From Selaginella moellendorffii (Eukaryota; Plantae; Lycopodiophyta), in the NCBI RefSeq assembly GCF_000143415.4, contig NW_003314357.1, positions 319,811-383,810 on the forward strand: DNA of 64,000 bases. Reading direction: 5' to 3'. The first letter of the stretch is position 1. The number at the start of each line of letters is the position of its first letter. A model generated the notes under the pieces. It had not been told where the DNA came from. It was given only the letters and a program-made list of their open reading frames with translations, and ran no database searches. The position numbers and the translations under genes were made by a program. Shown here piece after piece: positions 1-12,910 of the stretch.

Positions 1-3000
1 AAGGTTGCCGAGGATATACAAGCCGTTCTTTTTGACAGCCGGAGGAAGACGTGCAATACAGTCTTGGTGAACAGGCTTTACGTTTATGGCACCTTCGCAC
101 ATCTGTTGGAGACGTTTGAAGAGGTTAGCGAGCTGTTATGGACAGTCGGGTTTGGCAACATGCAAGCAGAGAACGGGAAGGAAGCCGAAGCTTCGGATCA
201 GAAGTCCGAAAGTCATTCTTGGCTGTGGAACACCTTGCACAGCTACTTAAAGCTTATAGAGCAGCTGGTTACGTCCACAACCTTGTTAAGTCCGATATCG
301 GTAACACATTTGCTCGTGCAGCCGGTTCAAGACGCACCGATAGCAGCTCCCAAGGACGTGGAACAGTTCGTGCAGAGTATGCAGATGCAAGCACTCAACG
401 CCATTCTTCCCGTCTGGAACCATCCCAGCTTTGCTGAATGCAACACGACGTTTATAACGTCTATCGCTGGTATTATCCGACAAATCTACGCGGGGGCAGG
501 GGATACCAAGTCCAGAAGCTCTTCGGGTGGTGCGAATCCTCGTCTCGGTCCAGCACCAGACGAGGCATTGATCTCGACAATAATGGAGATGGGATTTCCA
601 CGTGCTAGAGCGGAAGCAGCACTAAGAAATTCTGAGGCCAGCAGTGTGGAGCTGGCGATGGAGTGGCTGTTCACTCATCCGGAGGAGGTGACTCAGGAGG
701 AAGATGAGCTCGCTCGGGCATTGGCTCTTTCTCTTGGCAACGCCGACGGTGAAGGCGAAGCAGGGAAGGCCACCGAGATGACTGCGGAGGAAGAAGAAAT
801 CGTACTGCAAATGCCAGACGTGGAAAAGATGGTGAACACGTGCGTCAACATCTTGCAGATGAAGGACGCGGTGATCTTCACCCTCACGGACTTACTGGTG
901 ACTATCAGCAATTACAGCAGCGGCCGGGACCGTCCTTTAGTGGTATCCTTCCTCGTGGAGCAACTGAAGCGGTGTCATGCCGAAGGTGCTGATTGGAACC
1001 GGCTATCGACTGTCTCTCACTTGATGGCGCTGGTCTTAACTGAAGATACTCCTGCCCGGGAGGTTGCTGCAAAGAGTGGACTTGTCGGCACCAGTTTGGA
1101 AATCCTGGCCTCCTACAATGATACCTCCTCGGAAACCCCAGTGTGGGTGACAGCACTGTGTTTGGTCCTGGATCAGATGCTCCAGGTGAAAGTGAACACT
1201 GACTCGACGCCTGCTAGCAACGCAAGCTCGAGCTCTAGTGGTGGTGAAGCTCAGGATCAAACACCTTTTGCATCCATCTTGGGAAAGCCTGCGGGATATA
1301 TGACGGACGAAGAGCGAGAGAAGTCAATGGCCGTGGTTTGCAGGTTGCTGCACATGCCTCTGATGCCCATGCCTTTGCAAGCGGTCTTGCAGCTATGTGC
1401 AAGGTTGACGAAAGTCCATGCCATGGCACTGCAGTTTCTCGACGGTGGGGGGCTCACTGCACTGCTGGATATTCCTCCGGCCAACTGGTCTGGTTTTGAT
1501 GAGGTTGCTGGTGCAATTATCCGGCACCTTATGGAGGATCCTCAGACGCTTCTCCTGGCTATGGAATCGGAAATACGGCACTGCTTTACAGTTGCTGCTC
1601 GGCAGAATGGACGCGTCTCTCCGCGCCTTTTCTTGTCAACTCTGGCGCCTGTCCTGACCCGTGATCCAGCGATGTTTATGCAAGCCGCGGCAAACGTTTG
1701 TCAGCTGGATTCTAGTAATGGTGGAAGGCTTACCATCACTCTGGCGAAGGAAGAGCGAGAGAAAGAGAAGGACAAGGAGAAGGCCACGGAGAAGGGGAAG
1801 GAAAAAGAACGACAAGGCAGCCGGGGCGAGGTGGCAGCCAGGATCCAGGACAGAGGTGGTAAAGGCCACAAGCGAGTTCCTCATAGCTTCTCCCGCGTTA
1901 TTGATCAGCTGCTGGAAGTGATTCTGCATTATCCTTCTGGCAAAGGTGGTGATGGTACGTCAATGGAGATAGACAAGAAGCTGGAGAAAACATCATGTGA
2001 AACTGAAGCACTGCTTGAAGCGGCTGGTCGTGCGGCGGCGGGGAAAGTGAGCTTCATTCTCAAACTGATGACGGAGATACTTTTGATGTATTCTTCGTCT
2101 GTCAGTGTTGTGCTGCGGAGGGACTCGGAGAGTAGCCAGGGCAGGGGTCCGTCACAGGCAGGAGCTGAGGCTGTAGGCCATGGTGGACTTCTATATCACA
2201 TTGTTCACAGGATTCTACCCGAAGGAATTCACCAAACGCCTGCGGACGTTGTTGAAGTCGGGAAGCTTTCTGAGAGGGCTGCAGCTTTTCTGAGAGCTGT
2301 CTGCGTGCGGTCTGGTGAAGGAAGGCGGAGGGTGCTCAACGAAATTGTGAAGGCGTTGAATATGGCTACTCAGGCACCTTCAGGATCACAGTCTTCACAA
2401 CCGACCATCAAGAGGATCCATGCATTCGTCAACTTGATCATCTCAATCTTGCTTTCGCCGTCAACTGGAAATCCTCAGACCTTGGGATTCTCCACTGACA
2501 TGTCGAAGGCAATGGTTGACGCAGGAATGGTGCGGTCCCTGACGAATAGTCTCCAGGCGGTTGATTTGGACCACCCCGATGCTAACAAGGTTGTCAACGT
2601 CGTCCTTAGAGCATTGGAGGTGTTGTCCCGAACTGGAAGCAGTTTGGAGCAGCCTGCCGGGGTCGAGGGTGGCAATCAGAAGGAAGGAGATGCGCAGCAA
2701 TCTGCAAGTGAAAATCCACTGCAGCTGCAGCACGATGGTGAGATAGCTCAACACGCTGATCAACAAGAGCAGCTCAACAGTTCGTCCATGGCCGAGGACA
2801 CGAGGCAGGAGCGTGACAATCCTCGCGCTGAGGCTGAAGTTTTCATGCAGGAGGTTGGCGAGGTGCTCAATGACGCTGGAAGAGGGATGGTTTTCCGGGT
2901 GAACTCTGGAGCAGATGTAGGGGATGAGGAGGAAGAAGAGGAAGATGAGATGGAAGTTGACGATGGGGAGGAAGAGGAAGAAGATGAGGAGGAAGAGGAA

Positions 3001-6000
3001 GAGGAGGATGAAGATGCTGAAGGCAACGACGGTGTTCCTCACATGTCACCTCCGGATACTGATGTAGAGGACCAGGACAACAGCCTGAGCGATGACTTCG
3101 AAGACATGGGCGACCTCGATGATGGTGCCTGGCAGGGAGATCGGGTGATTGAAGTTCGATGGACTGATGGACTGACGGGCCTCAACCACGTTCACGTACT
3201 CGGCCAGAGCAACAGGAACACGGTCGATCTACATGTGGAGACGTTCCAGAACATGAGCATGGACGACATTTTTGGATCTTTCAGACAGTCGAGGGGTGCG
3301 GACAGATCCCGTGTCGGGACGTATCGATCAGGTGCTTCCAACGGCGTGCCGAGAGGAGGTGCTTCTCGTCATCCACTTTTGGTGCGACCATCTCAAGGGA
3401 CTGGGCCTGGAGTGTCGACTGCCTCGCTATGGAGTGGCAACACTATCAGAGACGTAGAAGCTTTGCTGGCGGGTAATTCTGAAGGTACTCGGATATTCAT
3501 GACGGATCAAGTCACCGATGCGTTGTTTGGAGAACGGGGAGCCTTGCAACCTGCTCAGATACTGGACGCGTCCATGGACCCCATGCTACTGATGGGACGT
3601 AGAGGTGGCAGGAGTGAATCGCGTCTTAGCAGTTGGACGGACGACGGGCAAACGCAGTCAGGAACTCAATCAACAGCTGTTGCTCAAGCAGTCGAAAGTG
3701 CCTTCGTTGCACGGCTTCAAGCGTTGGCTACGTCTGATGATCAGCCAGAAGCTGCAAGACAAGCTGGTACCGAAGCACCAAGTGCTGAGCCGGCTGCAAA
3801 TGCAGTTGCAGCTGATGCTCCTGCTCAGGAGACGCAAGCTACTGGGGACGCAGAGCGCCGGGAACCTTCGGGTATTGCTTGTCAAACAGATTTAGATATG
3901 GCGGTACAGGATGTCCCAGCCGGTCAGAACTCTGAACGAAGCCAAGATAGTGGAGGAAGCGGTGCAACTCTTGGTGAAAGTTTGAGGAGCCTGGAAGTCG
4001 AGATTGGTAGTGCCGATGGCCGGGAAGAGAATGATAGGCAAGTTCACTCTGAACGGCTCGGTGCGGAAGAAATGATTCCAGCTCGTGGTTTGGAATCGGC
4101 TAGTAGGGAGGCTCACATGGAAGTTGACGAAGACCTGGACAATGTTGTCAGCCAGCAAGCGCAAGCGACTGTGCAGGAGGATTCAGTTCAGGCGCAGGCT
4201 ACAGATCAGCAGGATGCTGGGGAAGAGATCACGGGAAGAAATGATGCAAGCTCTATCGATCCGAGGTTTTTGGAGGCTCTTCCCGAGGATTTACGAGCAG
4301 AAGTTTTGGCTTCCCAGCAGAACCAGAGTAGCAGAAACAACGTTGAAAATCATCCGACTCCTCCCACTGAGGAAATCGATCCGGAGTTCCTGGCTGCGCT
4401 ACCTCCCGAACTTCAAGCTGAAGTGCTTGAGCAGCAGCAGGCTCAGCGCATCTTTCAAAGTCAGCAAGTTGAAGGTAGACCAGTGGACATGGATAGTGCA
4501 TCAATAATTGCCACTTTCCCGGCTGAATTAAGAGAGGAGGTACGTTTTAGTTTGTCTTTCTTCCATCTCCTTGTTAACATCTCTTGGTCAGGTGTTGCTG
4601 ACATCATCGGACGCTGTTTTAGCTGCGCTGTCTCCTGCGTTGCTTGCCGAGGCACAGCTGCTTCGGGAAAGAGCCATGGCCAACATTCCGACAAGAAACC
4701 CGTTCGGGGGACCTAGGCTTACTGCGAGGAGGACGAACGGCATTGATAGGGGCGTCAGTGCGGGAATGTTTTCAGTTGGTCGCAGATTACCTTCTGCTCG
4801 AAGCTCGGGTTCTGCTTCTGGTCCAAAAGAGCCCGAAGGGAAGGCTTTGGTGGATGAGCAAGCTGTGAAAACGCTAGTTCGGCTGTTGCGCTTAGCACAG
4901 GTTTGTCTTCTTATGTTTCTCGAATGCTTTCTAAACCTGTTTTACATTTTACTGCAGCCATTGATTAAAGGTCTACTGCAAAGGTTGCTTTCGAATCTTT
5001 GTGTCCATAGTGGAACCAGGTCTGCATTGCTCCGTCTTCTATTGGACATGCTCAGGCCAGAATCGGAGGGATACTGTGCAGCCATATCAGCTGATGGTGC
5101 GCCCTCTCAGAGGCTTTATGGCTGTCAGTGGAACGTCGTGTATGCACGCGCTCAGCTGTCGGATGGTATTTCTTTTCTTTCTTTCTTTTTTTCGTGGGAA
5201 CCTTTTAACCTTTTTAAACATTGCAGGAATTCCACCGCTTGTTTCTCGTCGAGTATTGGAAGTACTGACACATTTAGCACGTAGTCATACCTCTGTAGCA
5301 AAGTCTCTACTATACCTGGAGCAGGAACCATCAGAAAGAGGAAACGAAGCTGCTGATAAGGGAAAGGAGAAGATGTATGAGAATCCGTCTTCTTCGACCG
5401 CGAGCGATATACAACCGAAGTATATACCGATAGTTTTGTTTTTAAAACTGCTGGACAGACCACTCTATTCTCGCAGCAGCCAACATCTCGAGCAAGTGAG
5501 TCATCCTTTTCTGTTTCCTGACACTAGTAAATTTGGATTTTCTCAACAGGTTCTTGGCTTGCTAGAAGTAGTCACGAGTTGCACTGGTATGGACAGTGAT
5601 GCGATTGACAACTCAAATGGCCTTCCTTCGGATACTCAGCCATCGGATGCTCCTCAAGAGACATCTTCTGAGTCACCTCAACAGCAACCGGAGAACCCGC
5701 CAAGTCCATCGATTACTTTGAGTAAAACGGAAGCTGATATTCTTTCAAAGTTGCCAAAGAATGAGCTCTGCAACATGTGCAGACTTTTGGCACAGGATGG
5801 GTGAGTTGTCACAAATTACTCGATTGTGGCCTGACGTACTCGTCTTGCAGGTTATCTTCTGTTTCATATTCCCGTGTTTCCGAAGTGTTGAAGAAACTAT
5901 CGGACGCTGTTCCGTTGCACCGTCGACTGTTTATTTCAGAACTGGCAGACGCAGCTCATAAACTTAGTGTCCCGGCCGTCAATGAGCTGCGGTCGCTGGC

Positions 6001-8072
6001 GGACAATATTTCCGGTGGAAGCTCTTCGGCTGGAACTGCAATTTTGAGAGTTTTACAGGCTCTTAGCGCCCTTACAAACCGGGACGCTAAAGCAGACGAG
6101 CTCCAGGACATCATACGCGAGCTTAACGTCGTTACGGAACCATTGTGGCAGCAACTCAGCATATCCATAGGAAGGATAGAAAGCAGGCTTACTACGAGTT
6201 CGTCTTCAAGCATTGTAGGTGCTTTGGGGGCCGTCACCTCTCCACTTCCCCAAGGGTCTCAGAAAGTGCTGGATTTTGTGGAGGCGTTTCTGGTTTTGTG
6301 CGAGAAGCTGAGACCACAGACCGAGGGAACAGGGATTGATCTAGAATCACCACCAAGCAGCACGTCCGATTGGGCTCACACTGGCAGTTCGAGTTTCAAG
6401 TTGACGAATAGACCCGACGAAAGAGGCTTGAACTTTATACGGTTTGCGGAGAGGCATCGTCGGCTTTTGAACGCCTTCTTGCGGCAAAATTCGGGCTTGC
6501 TGGAGAAGTCTTTCTCGCTTCTACTCAAGACTCCCAGGCTTATCGACTTTGACAACAAACGAGCCTACTTCCGATCAAGGATCAGGCAGCAACACGAGCA
6601 ACAGCACTTCGGACCTCTTCGGATTTCGGTCAGGAGAGCCTACGTGCTGGAGGACTCGTATAACCAATTGAGAATGCGGACTCCTGATGAAGTGAAGGGG
6701 CGGCTTACAGTGCAGTTTCAAGGGGAAGAGGGAATAGATGCGGGTGGCTTGACCAGGGAGTGGTACCAGCTGCTTTCACGGGTTATCTTTGACAAAGGAG
6801 CGCTTCTGTTTACGACCGTGGGGAACGAGTCCACTTTCCAGCCCAACCCGAACTCGGTGTATCAGACGGAACACCTTTCGTACTTCAAGTTTGTTGGCCG
6901 TGTGGTAAGTACCAGATGTCTTTCGTGGAAGGAAAGTTGTGAAACTTTTTTCGTGGCAGGTTTCTAAGGCGTTATTTGACGGGCAGCTTCTGGATGTCTA
7001 CTTTACTCGATCGTTTTACAAGCATATACTTGGCACCAAGGTGACATATCACGACATTGAAGCTGTTGATCCCGACTACTACAAAAACTTGAAGTGGCTC
7101 CTTGAGGTGCGTCCGTGTGTCCCCTGTTTGTTTTAGTGAAATATGCTCATTGTTTTAATACAGAATGATGTGAACGACATCCTTGGGCTAACATTCAGCA
7201 TCGACGCGGATGAAGAGAAGCACATTCTTTACGAAAAGACTGAGGTACTTACAATTTTTCTTGCGACTGGCTTCCAACTTTGTTTGCTACTACAGGTGAC
7301 TGACCACGAGCTGGTTCCTGGAGGCCGAAACATCCGAGTGACGGAAGAAAACAAGCACGAGTATGTGGATCTCATCGCGGAGCACAGATTAACCACGGCG
7401 ATCAGACCCCAAATCAACGCCTTCTTGGAAGGCTTTAATGAGCTGGTCCCCAGAGAGTTGATATCCATCTTCAACGACAAGGAACTGGAGCTCCTCATCA
7501 GTGGTCTGCCTGAAATAGATTGTAAGTTCTGCTGTTTTGTTTTTTTGATCTTCACTTAACGACGGTTGCTTTTTTGCAGTGGATGATTTGAGAGCCAACA
7601 CCGAGTACACGGGCTACAGTAGCGGTTCCCCAGTGGTGCAATGGTTCTGGGAAGTGGTACAAGACTTCAGCAAGGAAGATATGGCTCGGCTTTTGCAGTT
7701 TATTACGGGGACATCCAAGGTATGCGATAGATGATCGTTTAGACGTTCTTCCATCTGAGTTAATAATCTTGTGGCCTGTGCAGGTCCCACTGGAAGGCTT
7801 TAAGGCACTGCAAGGCATCTCAGGGCCTCAAAAGTTTCAGATTCACAAAGCTTACGGTGCACCGGAGCGTCTCCCTTCGGCTCACACATGGTAACTCTCG
7901 CTCTCTCCCTCTCTCTCTCCCTTTCCCTCTCCCTCCATAGTTTTCTAATTCGTTCTTGCGCTCTCGCAGTTTCAACCAGCTCGATTTGCCGGAGTACTCG
8001 TCCAAAGATCAAATGCACGACCGGTTGCTCCTGGCGATCCACGAAGCGAGCGAAGGATTTGGATTCGGCTAA
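1..8072 (+). CDS. UPL1: HECT E3 ubiquitin ligase, UPL1/UPL2 (HUWE1/Tom1) type; 5'-partial, 12 exons visible
   Basis: Frame open from base 1. UBA ([15 protein letters not shown]), UIM ([13 protein letters not shown]), acidic tract, DUF4414/UBM repeats ([10 protein letters not shown]) and HECT domain ending [13 protein letters not shown]...EGFGFG*. GT-AG exons: <1-4539, 4592-4900, 4958-5165, 5227-5495, 5550-5800, 5851-6904, 6960-7106, 7164-7244, 7296-7521, 7580-7719, 7784-7890, 7970-8072. Confidence 0.95.
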
Positions 8073-8285
8073 AGTGGCTTGTCGCAGGAGTATGTGTAAA
8101 ATAAGCTTTCTTTTCTTCCCGAGGTGGTGCATTGCCGGACGAAATTTTTTTTTTCCTTCCCTTCTTGCTTTGTTCCTCTTATCTGTATATACACAGCATT
8201 TTGCTTCCTTGAAAAGGAACAACTAGAATAAATTAGCAAATGCCAAGGGTATAACCTAGATTCTAGACCCTAGAGGATTTAACCT

Positions 8286-8331
8286 ATCCCACATGCCGTG
8301 GTGTGGAATAAAGCCCCCAAAGCAGTATATA
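8286..8331 (+). promoter_or_regulatory. Plant snRNA promoter: USE plus TATA box
   Basis: ATCCCACATG at 8286 (USE consensus RTCCCACATCG, about -70) and TATATA at 8326-8331 (about -30) upstream of U1; Pol II-type spacing. Confidence 0.85.
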
Positions 8332-8355
8332 GCCTAGGGCTTGAGTATGATTTAC

Positions 8356-8517
8356 ATACTTACCTGGACGGGGTCTATTAGTGATCATGAAGGCTAATGG
8401 CCTAGGTTCGGCTTTCCCATTGCACTTCGGCTTGGCCGGCCTACCATCTTCCCAAAGTGGAGGAGTGGACGTCGTAATTTGTGGAAGCTGAGGGCTCGCG
8501 TACGCGCGGCCCTCTCC
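8356..8517 (+). ncRNA. U1: U1 spliceosomal snRNA
   Basis: Starts ATACTTACCTGG; U1-70K loop GATCATGAAG; U1A loop ATTGCAC; Sm site AATTTGTGG (8476-8484); terminal GC stem with UNCG loop; about 162 nt. Confidence 0.96.
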
Positions 8518-8521
8518 AAAA

Positions 8522-8540
8522 CAAAAACTTTTAAGTTGAA
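8522..8540 (+). terminator. snRNA 3' box
   Basis: CA-N10-AGTTGAA fits the plant consensus CA(N3-10)AGTNNAA directly after U1. Confidence 0.75.
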
Positions 8541-9449
8541 ACTTAGAAAATCAGGTGATTTAAATTACTGCCTTTTTGTAGTGGAAGGTTTTAGTGCACA
8601 TAAAACAATAGGATAGTAGAATTTTCCAAATTCTACGCAGAAATAAGTTTATCATTTGCTATACAGTGTTTTATGGGGTACAGTGGCCCTAATGTCTTAG
8701 CTTTAGTTCCATATTTTCTTGATTTATAGATTTTGGTTTTTATTATAGTTGTCAACTATTATATCGATGGTTTCATAGAACCTTCAAGTTCTTATAGCAG
8801 TCTCTAGGCTATGTTTATCTCGACTGAAAATATATGGGATATTTATAAATCCCACTTTAAACTTTAAGAAGGAAGAATAGAGTGTTAAAGTTACAACCAA
8901 CACTAGAATCATTATGGTCATTTGCCAAAATCACGAGGAATTTGATGTACACATATATTTAAGAAGTTTAAAATTCTTATTGTCAACAACACCAAACATT
9001 ATGCGATTGGAAATGTTTAGAAGAATATATAATGCTATTCAAGCTTCAAAGTTTAGAAAACTGGTCCATGAACGTGGCCTACCACTCTTTTCTGGATTTA
9101 AGCGTGGTCTCCCAGCTGGAATGGACCTTTTCTTCCAGCGATTTCAGCAAGGGACCACGAGAGTGTCAAGTTGCAACATTGAAACAAATCCATGATAGCA
9201 TGACGCCTATGTGTCTCCGTGTGATCCGTGTGAAGATTCTCTTTTGCATTGCGGTTGAAATGTCTTCCGCCAGAATCGGGCCTCGTAATTGGAACCAGGA
9301 ATTTGGAAGTAGAAACGTCGTCTTACGATACCGTAGAATCCAGCTATAAAAACCGCAACAAAGTCGCAGCGAGGCATCAGAATTTTCTTTGGTTTTTGGA
9401 GGGAGCAAGTTTCAAGCAAAATCCCCCTAGTTTCCTTTTGCTTGCAAGC

Positions 9450-9798
9450 ATGAAGAAGGTGACACTCTCTACTTGTTGGAGCTGTGAGGGAAACATCGAC
9501 GCACTCAAGAAGATCGAAGGTATAACACTATCTTTGGATTGCATCGCTAAGTGTGGTCTTCTCAACAGGGGTTGACGAGGTGGAATGCGAGTCGTCAGGC
9601 CTGGTGGTGATTGGAAACTTTGATGTGGACGACGTGGTCAAGGCAATGGATTGCCACCATAGTGTTCTTCGCTCCATCGAGAACGACTACGAGCCCCCAA
9701 AGAACAAGGAAGAGAAGGAGGAGGGGGGCTGTGGTTCTACTTCTAGCGTGGTATATGTGTACACCCACACCTACAATCACTGCAACGAGTCCAACTAA
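9450..9798 (+). CDS. Small heavy-metal-associated (HMA/HPP-like) protein, 2 exons
   Basis: MKKVTLSTCWSCEG...LKKIEG|VDEV...LVVIGNFDVDDVVKAM resembles the HMA fold with CxxC. Phase-1 intron 9520-9568 sits at the usual EG|V position; TATAAA lies about 105 bp upstream. Confidence 0.65.
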
Positions 9799-10491
9799 AG
9801 CTGTTCTAAGCAAAAATTTCAAGAGTTTCGTGAGGGATTGGATTGGATTTTCAAGAGCAGGTGTGAATAAGTAATAAGATCTACACTGCTTCCCGCGTCA
9901 TTTGCTATTGACTTATAGTCGCAAATCCGGGTACTACCGTAGATTCCCAGAATGTATGTAACATGACAAGGTGGAACGAACCAACAGAGAGGACAAGAAA
10001 AGCAAGGGGAGCCAAGCGCAAGAACAACTTTTTGTTTCGACGCCGAACTGTTTTTGATCTCGAGGAAGATTCAAAGTTTCGCGAAAAAAAGAGGACAGAT
10101 GACATTTTAAAGTCAACGCAGCGCTCATTTGGGCTTGGGACGGGGTCTGGAGAGCCATGCAAATGCTTATGCATCTAAGATCCTAAGAGAGCACAACAAG
10201 ATCTGGTTGTGCAAGTCCATTTCATAAGAAATACCAAGAGGTGACGCGGATTCTCCAAGTCTTGAATGTTTAGACGAGTGAAATCTTCTTTTGCATTGCC
10301 AAAGCCCGGTGAAGTGGTCTTCCCCCAGAAAACGGGCCTCACGTTTTGATGTAGCGAGGAATTTGGTAGTGGACGCGTCCTTCTACGATGGCTTAACGTA
10401 GAATCCAGCTATAAAATCAGTTCGAAGCCGAGCAAGCAAGAGCAGCTCGAGCAAGTTCTTTTCTTGCAAGCAAGAGGATCTAGGTAGTTTG

Positions 10492-10991
10492 TCACGACTG
10501 CTGGTCACCATCGAGCGTCACGGGCAACGGCACTGCCTCTTTCTCCACTCCATCTCTTCCAAACAAGACCACCGAGAAGCACATAAAGCTGCTAGCGGCC
10601 AGCGTGAAGACGATGGAGTCACCTGGATTGAGCTGGTTGTAGACCGAAAAGGCGTGCCATCCTGCTGCGCCCAGCCGGATTGTCTGGCTCTTTGCTTCCG
10701 CCTCGTATTCTATCTCCCACTTCACACCGCTTCGTGTCTCGAGGATCGCTTTGCCTCGACTGCTAGCGGCGGTGCTCAGGTAGTTCTCGGGAACTGGCTG
10801 CCACGGACCAGACAAGATTCAAGAACAAGAAGAGAACAAAACAGTGAGAAAAAAAAAATTAAACTTTTCCTGTCGAAGCTTACCAAGATCAAGCAGCAGC
10901 TCTCGGACAGGAGCTCGCTTCGCATCACCACGCAGAAGCTGTGCTCTCCCACTGTTCTCAAAGCTTTCCTTTGCCTCGCGCGCTTCTTCAT
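10492..10991 (-). CDS. Single-B3-domain protein (REM/VRN1-like)
   Basis: Exons 10991-10884 and 10797-10492 give FCVVMR...LILPVPENY...LETRSGVKWEIEY...GWHAFSVYNQLNPGDSIVFTL, a typical REM B3 signature. A further upstream exon is possible. Confidence 0.8.
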
Positions 10992-11172
10992 CTCTGGCCC
11001 AGGTAGTTCTGCTGTAACAGAAAAAGAGGAAAAAGAAAAAAGAAAACAGATTCTTGAGAGATTAAAAAGCCCGAAATACAAAAGAAAAACATTACAACCA
11101 AAGAGCTGCAAGACAAAAGAAAATCAGTGTTAAGTTAAAATCACCAGCAGAGAGGAAATGAAGGAAAATCTT

Positions 11173-12323
11173 CTAGACCAGTGCAATGGTGCTTTCACCA
11201 CCCGGTGGCTTCCTCACACCACCAAGGCAGTCTCGCGGCACCGGCTTGTCATCAGCAAATATATCGTTACCACTCATCTCCCGAAGCTTTGCGCTGCTCA
11301 GGTGCTTCGAGTCGGATGGAGTCTTTAGAGGATCATTTTTAAAAATGTCGTTGCCACAAAGCTCGGCAGTTTTCTGTGTTAGTGACCGCTTCCTTTCCCC
11401 GGGAGACTGCAATTAACAAAGTGTTAGAAAAGCATCAGAAGTTCCAGATGAACTTTACCATGAGGCCGGGAGCATCATCTACAGGAATTGTTGGTTCCTT
11501 GATCTTTTTAACTGGGGTGCTACCATTCTGTGGTAGCTTGTCTTCTGGAGCAAAAATGTTGCTACCGACAAGCTCCTTCACCTTGGCATTGGACTGGAGA
11601 CGCTTGTGCTGTGCGTCATCGTCGGGAATGGCTTGACTTCCGCTTAATTCTTTCTGCTTTGCAAGCTCTGCTTGGGTGGTGGCTTTTCTAGGGGACGTAT
11701 TATCGTTGTCACCGAAAGTAATCGCCTGGAAGATCCAATTTTTCCTTTCCGCTTAGCAAATTCACGCAAACGAACCAAAATCACCTGAAAGAGTTTCACT
11801 CCAGTGCGTTCTGGGGCGGCGGGAACAGCACCAGGCTCGTCGCAGAAAATCTTGTTTCCTGACATTTCTTTCATCTTTGATTCTGATCCGGGGCGCCTAA
11901 AAGAGACAGAGAGTGGTACGATGGAGATCAAACAACAAAAAAAAAAGAAAGAAAAAGAAAAAGAAATGAGCACCCACCGCTTAAGCAGCGCCTCGGCCTC
12001 CTCAGAGGACAGTTGCTCTCCAAACGCGTAAGTACAAGCACCGCCCGCGGGCTAAGAGGCGCAAGCTTAGAAACAAAGCAAGAAAGAGGGGAAAAAACTG
12101 TGAGCGAGGGTTTGGTGATCCCGACCTGGTGAGTCCGGATTCCGGGGCGGCCTGCCGAGGAATACTCTCGGTAGCTCTCGTCCGACGCCGACGCGAAGCC
12201 TTTGCTGTCGTTGGTCGCCGAGACGCGCACTGGGGTACGAATCTGGAGCGATGCGTCGGGATTATCCGGCCAGCTCAAGAGATCGAGATTCCTGGAAGCC
12301 TTTCCCGGCGGTGGAGGCGACAT
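11173..12323 (-). CDS. DUF4057-like (HN1/Jupiter-related) conserved plant protein, multi-exon
   Basis: DLLSW, SEEAEALLKR, repeated KxKExSGNxIF motifs, C-terminus GGVRKPPGGESTIALV*; GT-AG introns are traceable. Confidence 0.85.
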
Positions 12324-12737
12324 CCTGCCACACAGGCAGCCGCATTGTTACCCACATTGCCACAACAAGCAAGAGAAGCGAGATCGCCTCGCCCTGGCGG
12401 TGGATCGAGAGAGAGAGAGCGAGAGAGGAAGGAGGGAGCTACCTTGAGGCGCCTGGACGTGGAGTGGAAGAACCCTAGCCCTAGCCCTTGCCACAATGAA
12501 GCAACAAGAAAGCACTACTCAGCACTTCTTTGTAAGATAGGCGCGAAAAAGCGGGCATTTGGGCAGAAATCCGGGGAGGCATTGCACGGACGGCCCAGAT
12601 GAGCCAAATCCCGGCCGCCGGATGGACGGCGGATCTAACGTCACAAGAGGGAATATTTAAACAGGAGAAACTTTAAGCGATTAGGAAAAGAAAAAGCGAA
12701 AGGGAGTTTTATTCAAGGCTTGTGTCTGAGAGTGTTC

Positions 12738-12871
12738 CATGCACGAGCGTCGGATCGAGAGCTCCAGAACTGTCCACGTGTTGCAAAACTAGAATAGAAG
12801 CCCTAGAGCGCCTCTAAATTTAGCGGACAAATGCTGCTGGGAAGGAGCTCGAGATGCCAGTTCCTATATAA
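12738..12871 (+). promoter_or_regulatory. RY element, G-box/ABRE and TATA upstream of the ABI3-like gene
   Basis: CATGCA 12738-12743, CACGTG 12775-12780 (ACACGTGG on minus strand), TATATAA 12865-12871. Confidence 0.5.
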
Positions 12872-12910
12872 TTTTCTCGAAGATCTTTTGCTTCCCTTGC
12901 CTTGCCGGCT

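Noticed and set aside
10489-11133. 214-aa plus-strand ORF
   Set aside because: Non-ATG start, antisense to the B3 gene and running through its intron pyrimidine tracts.
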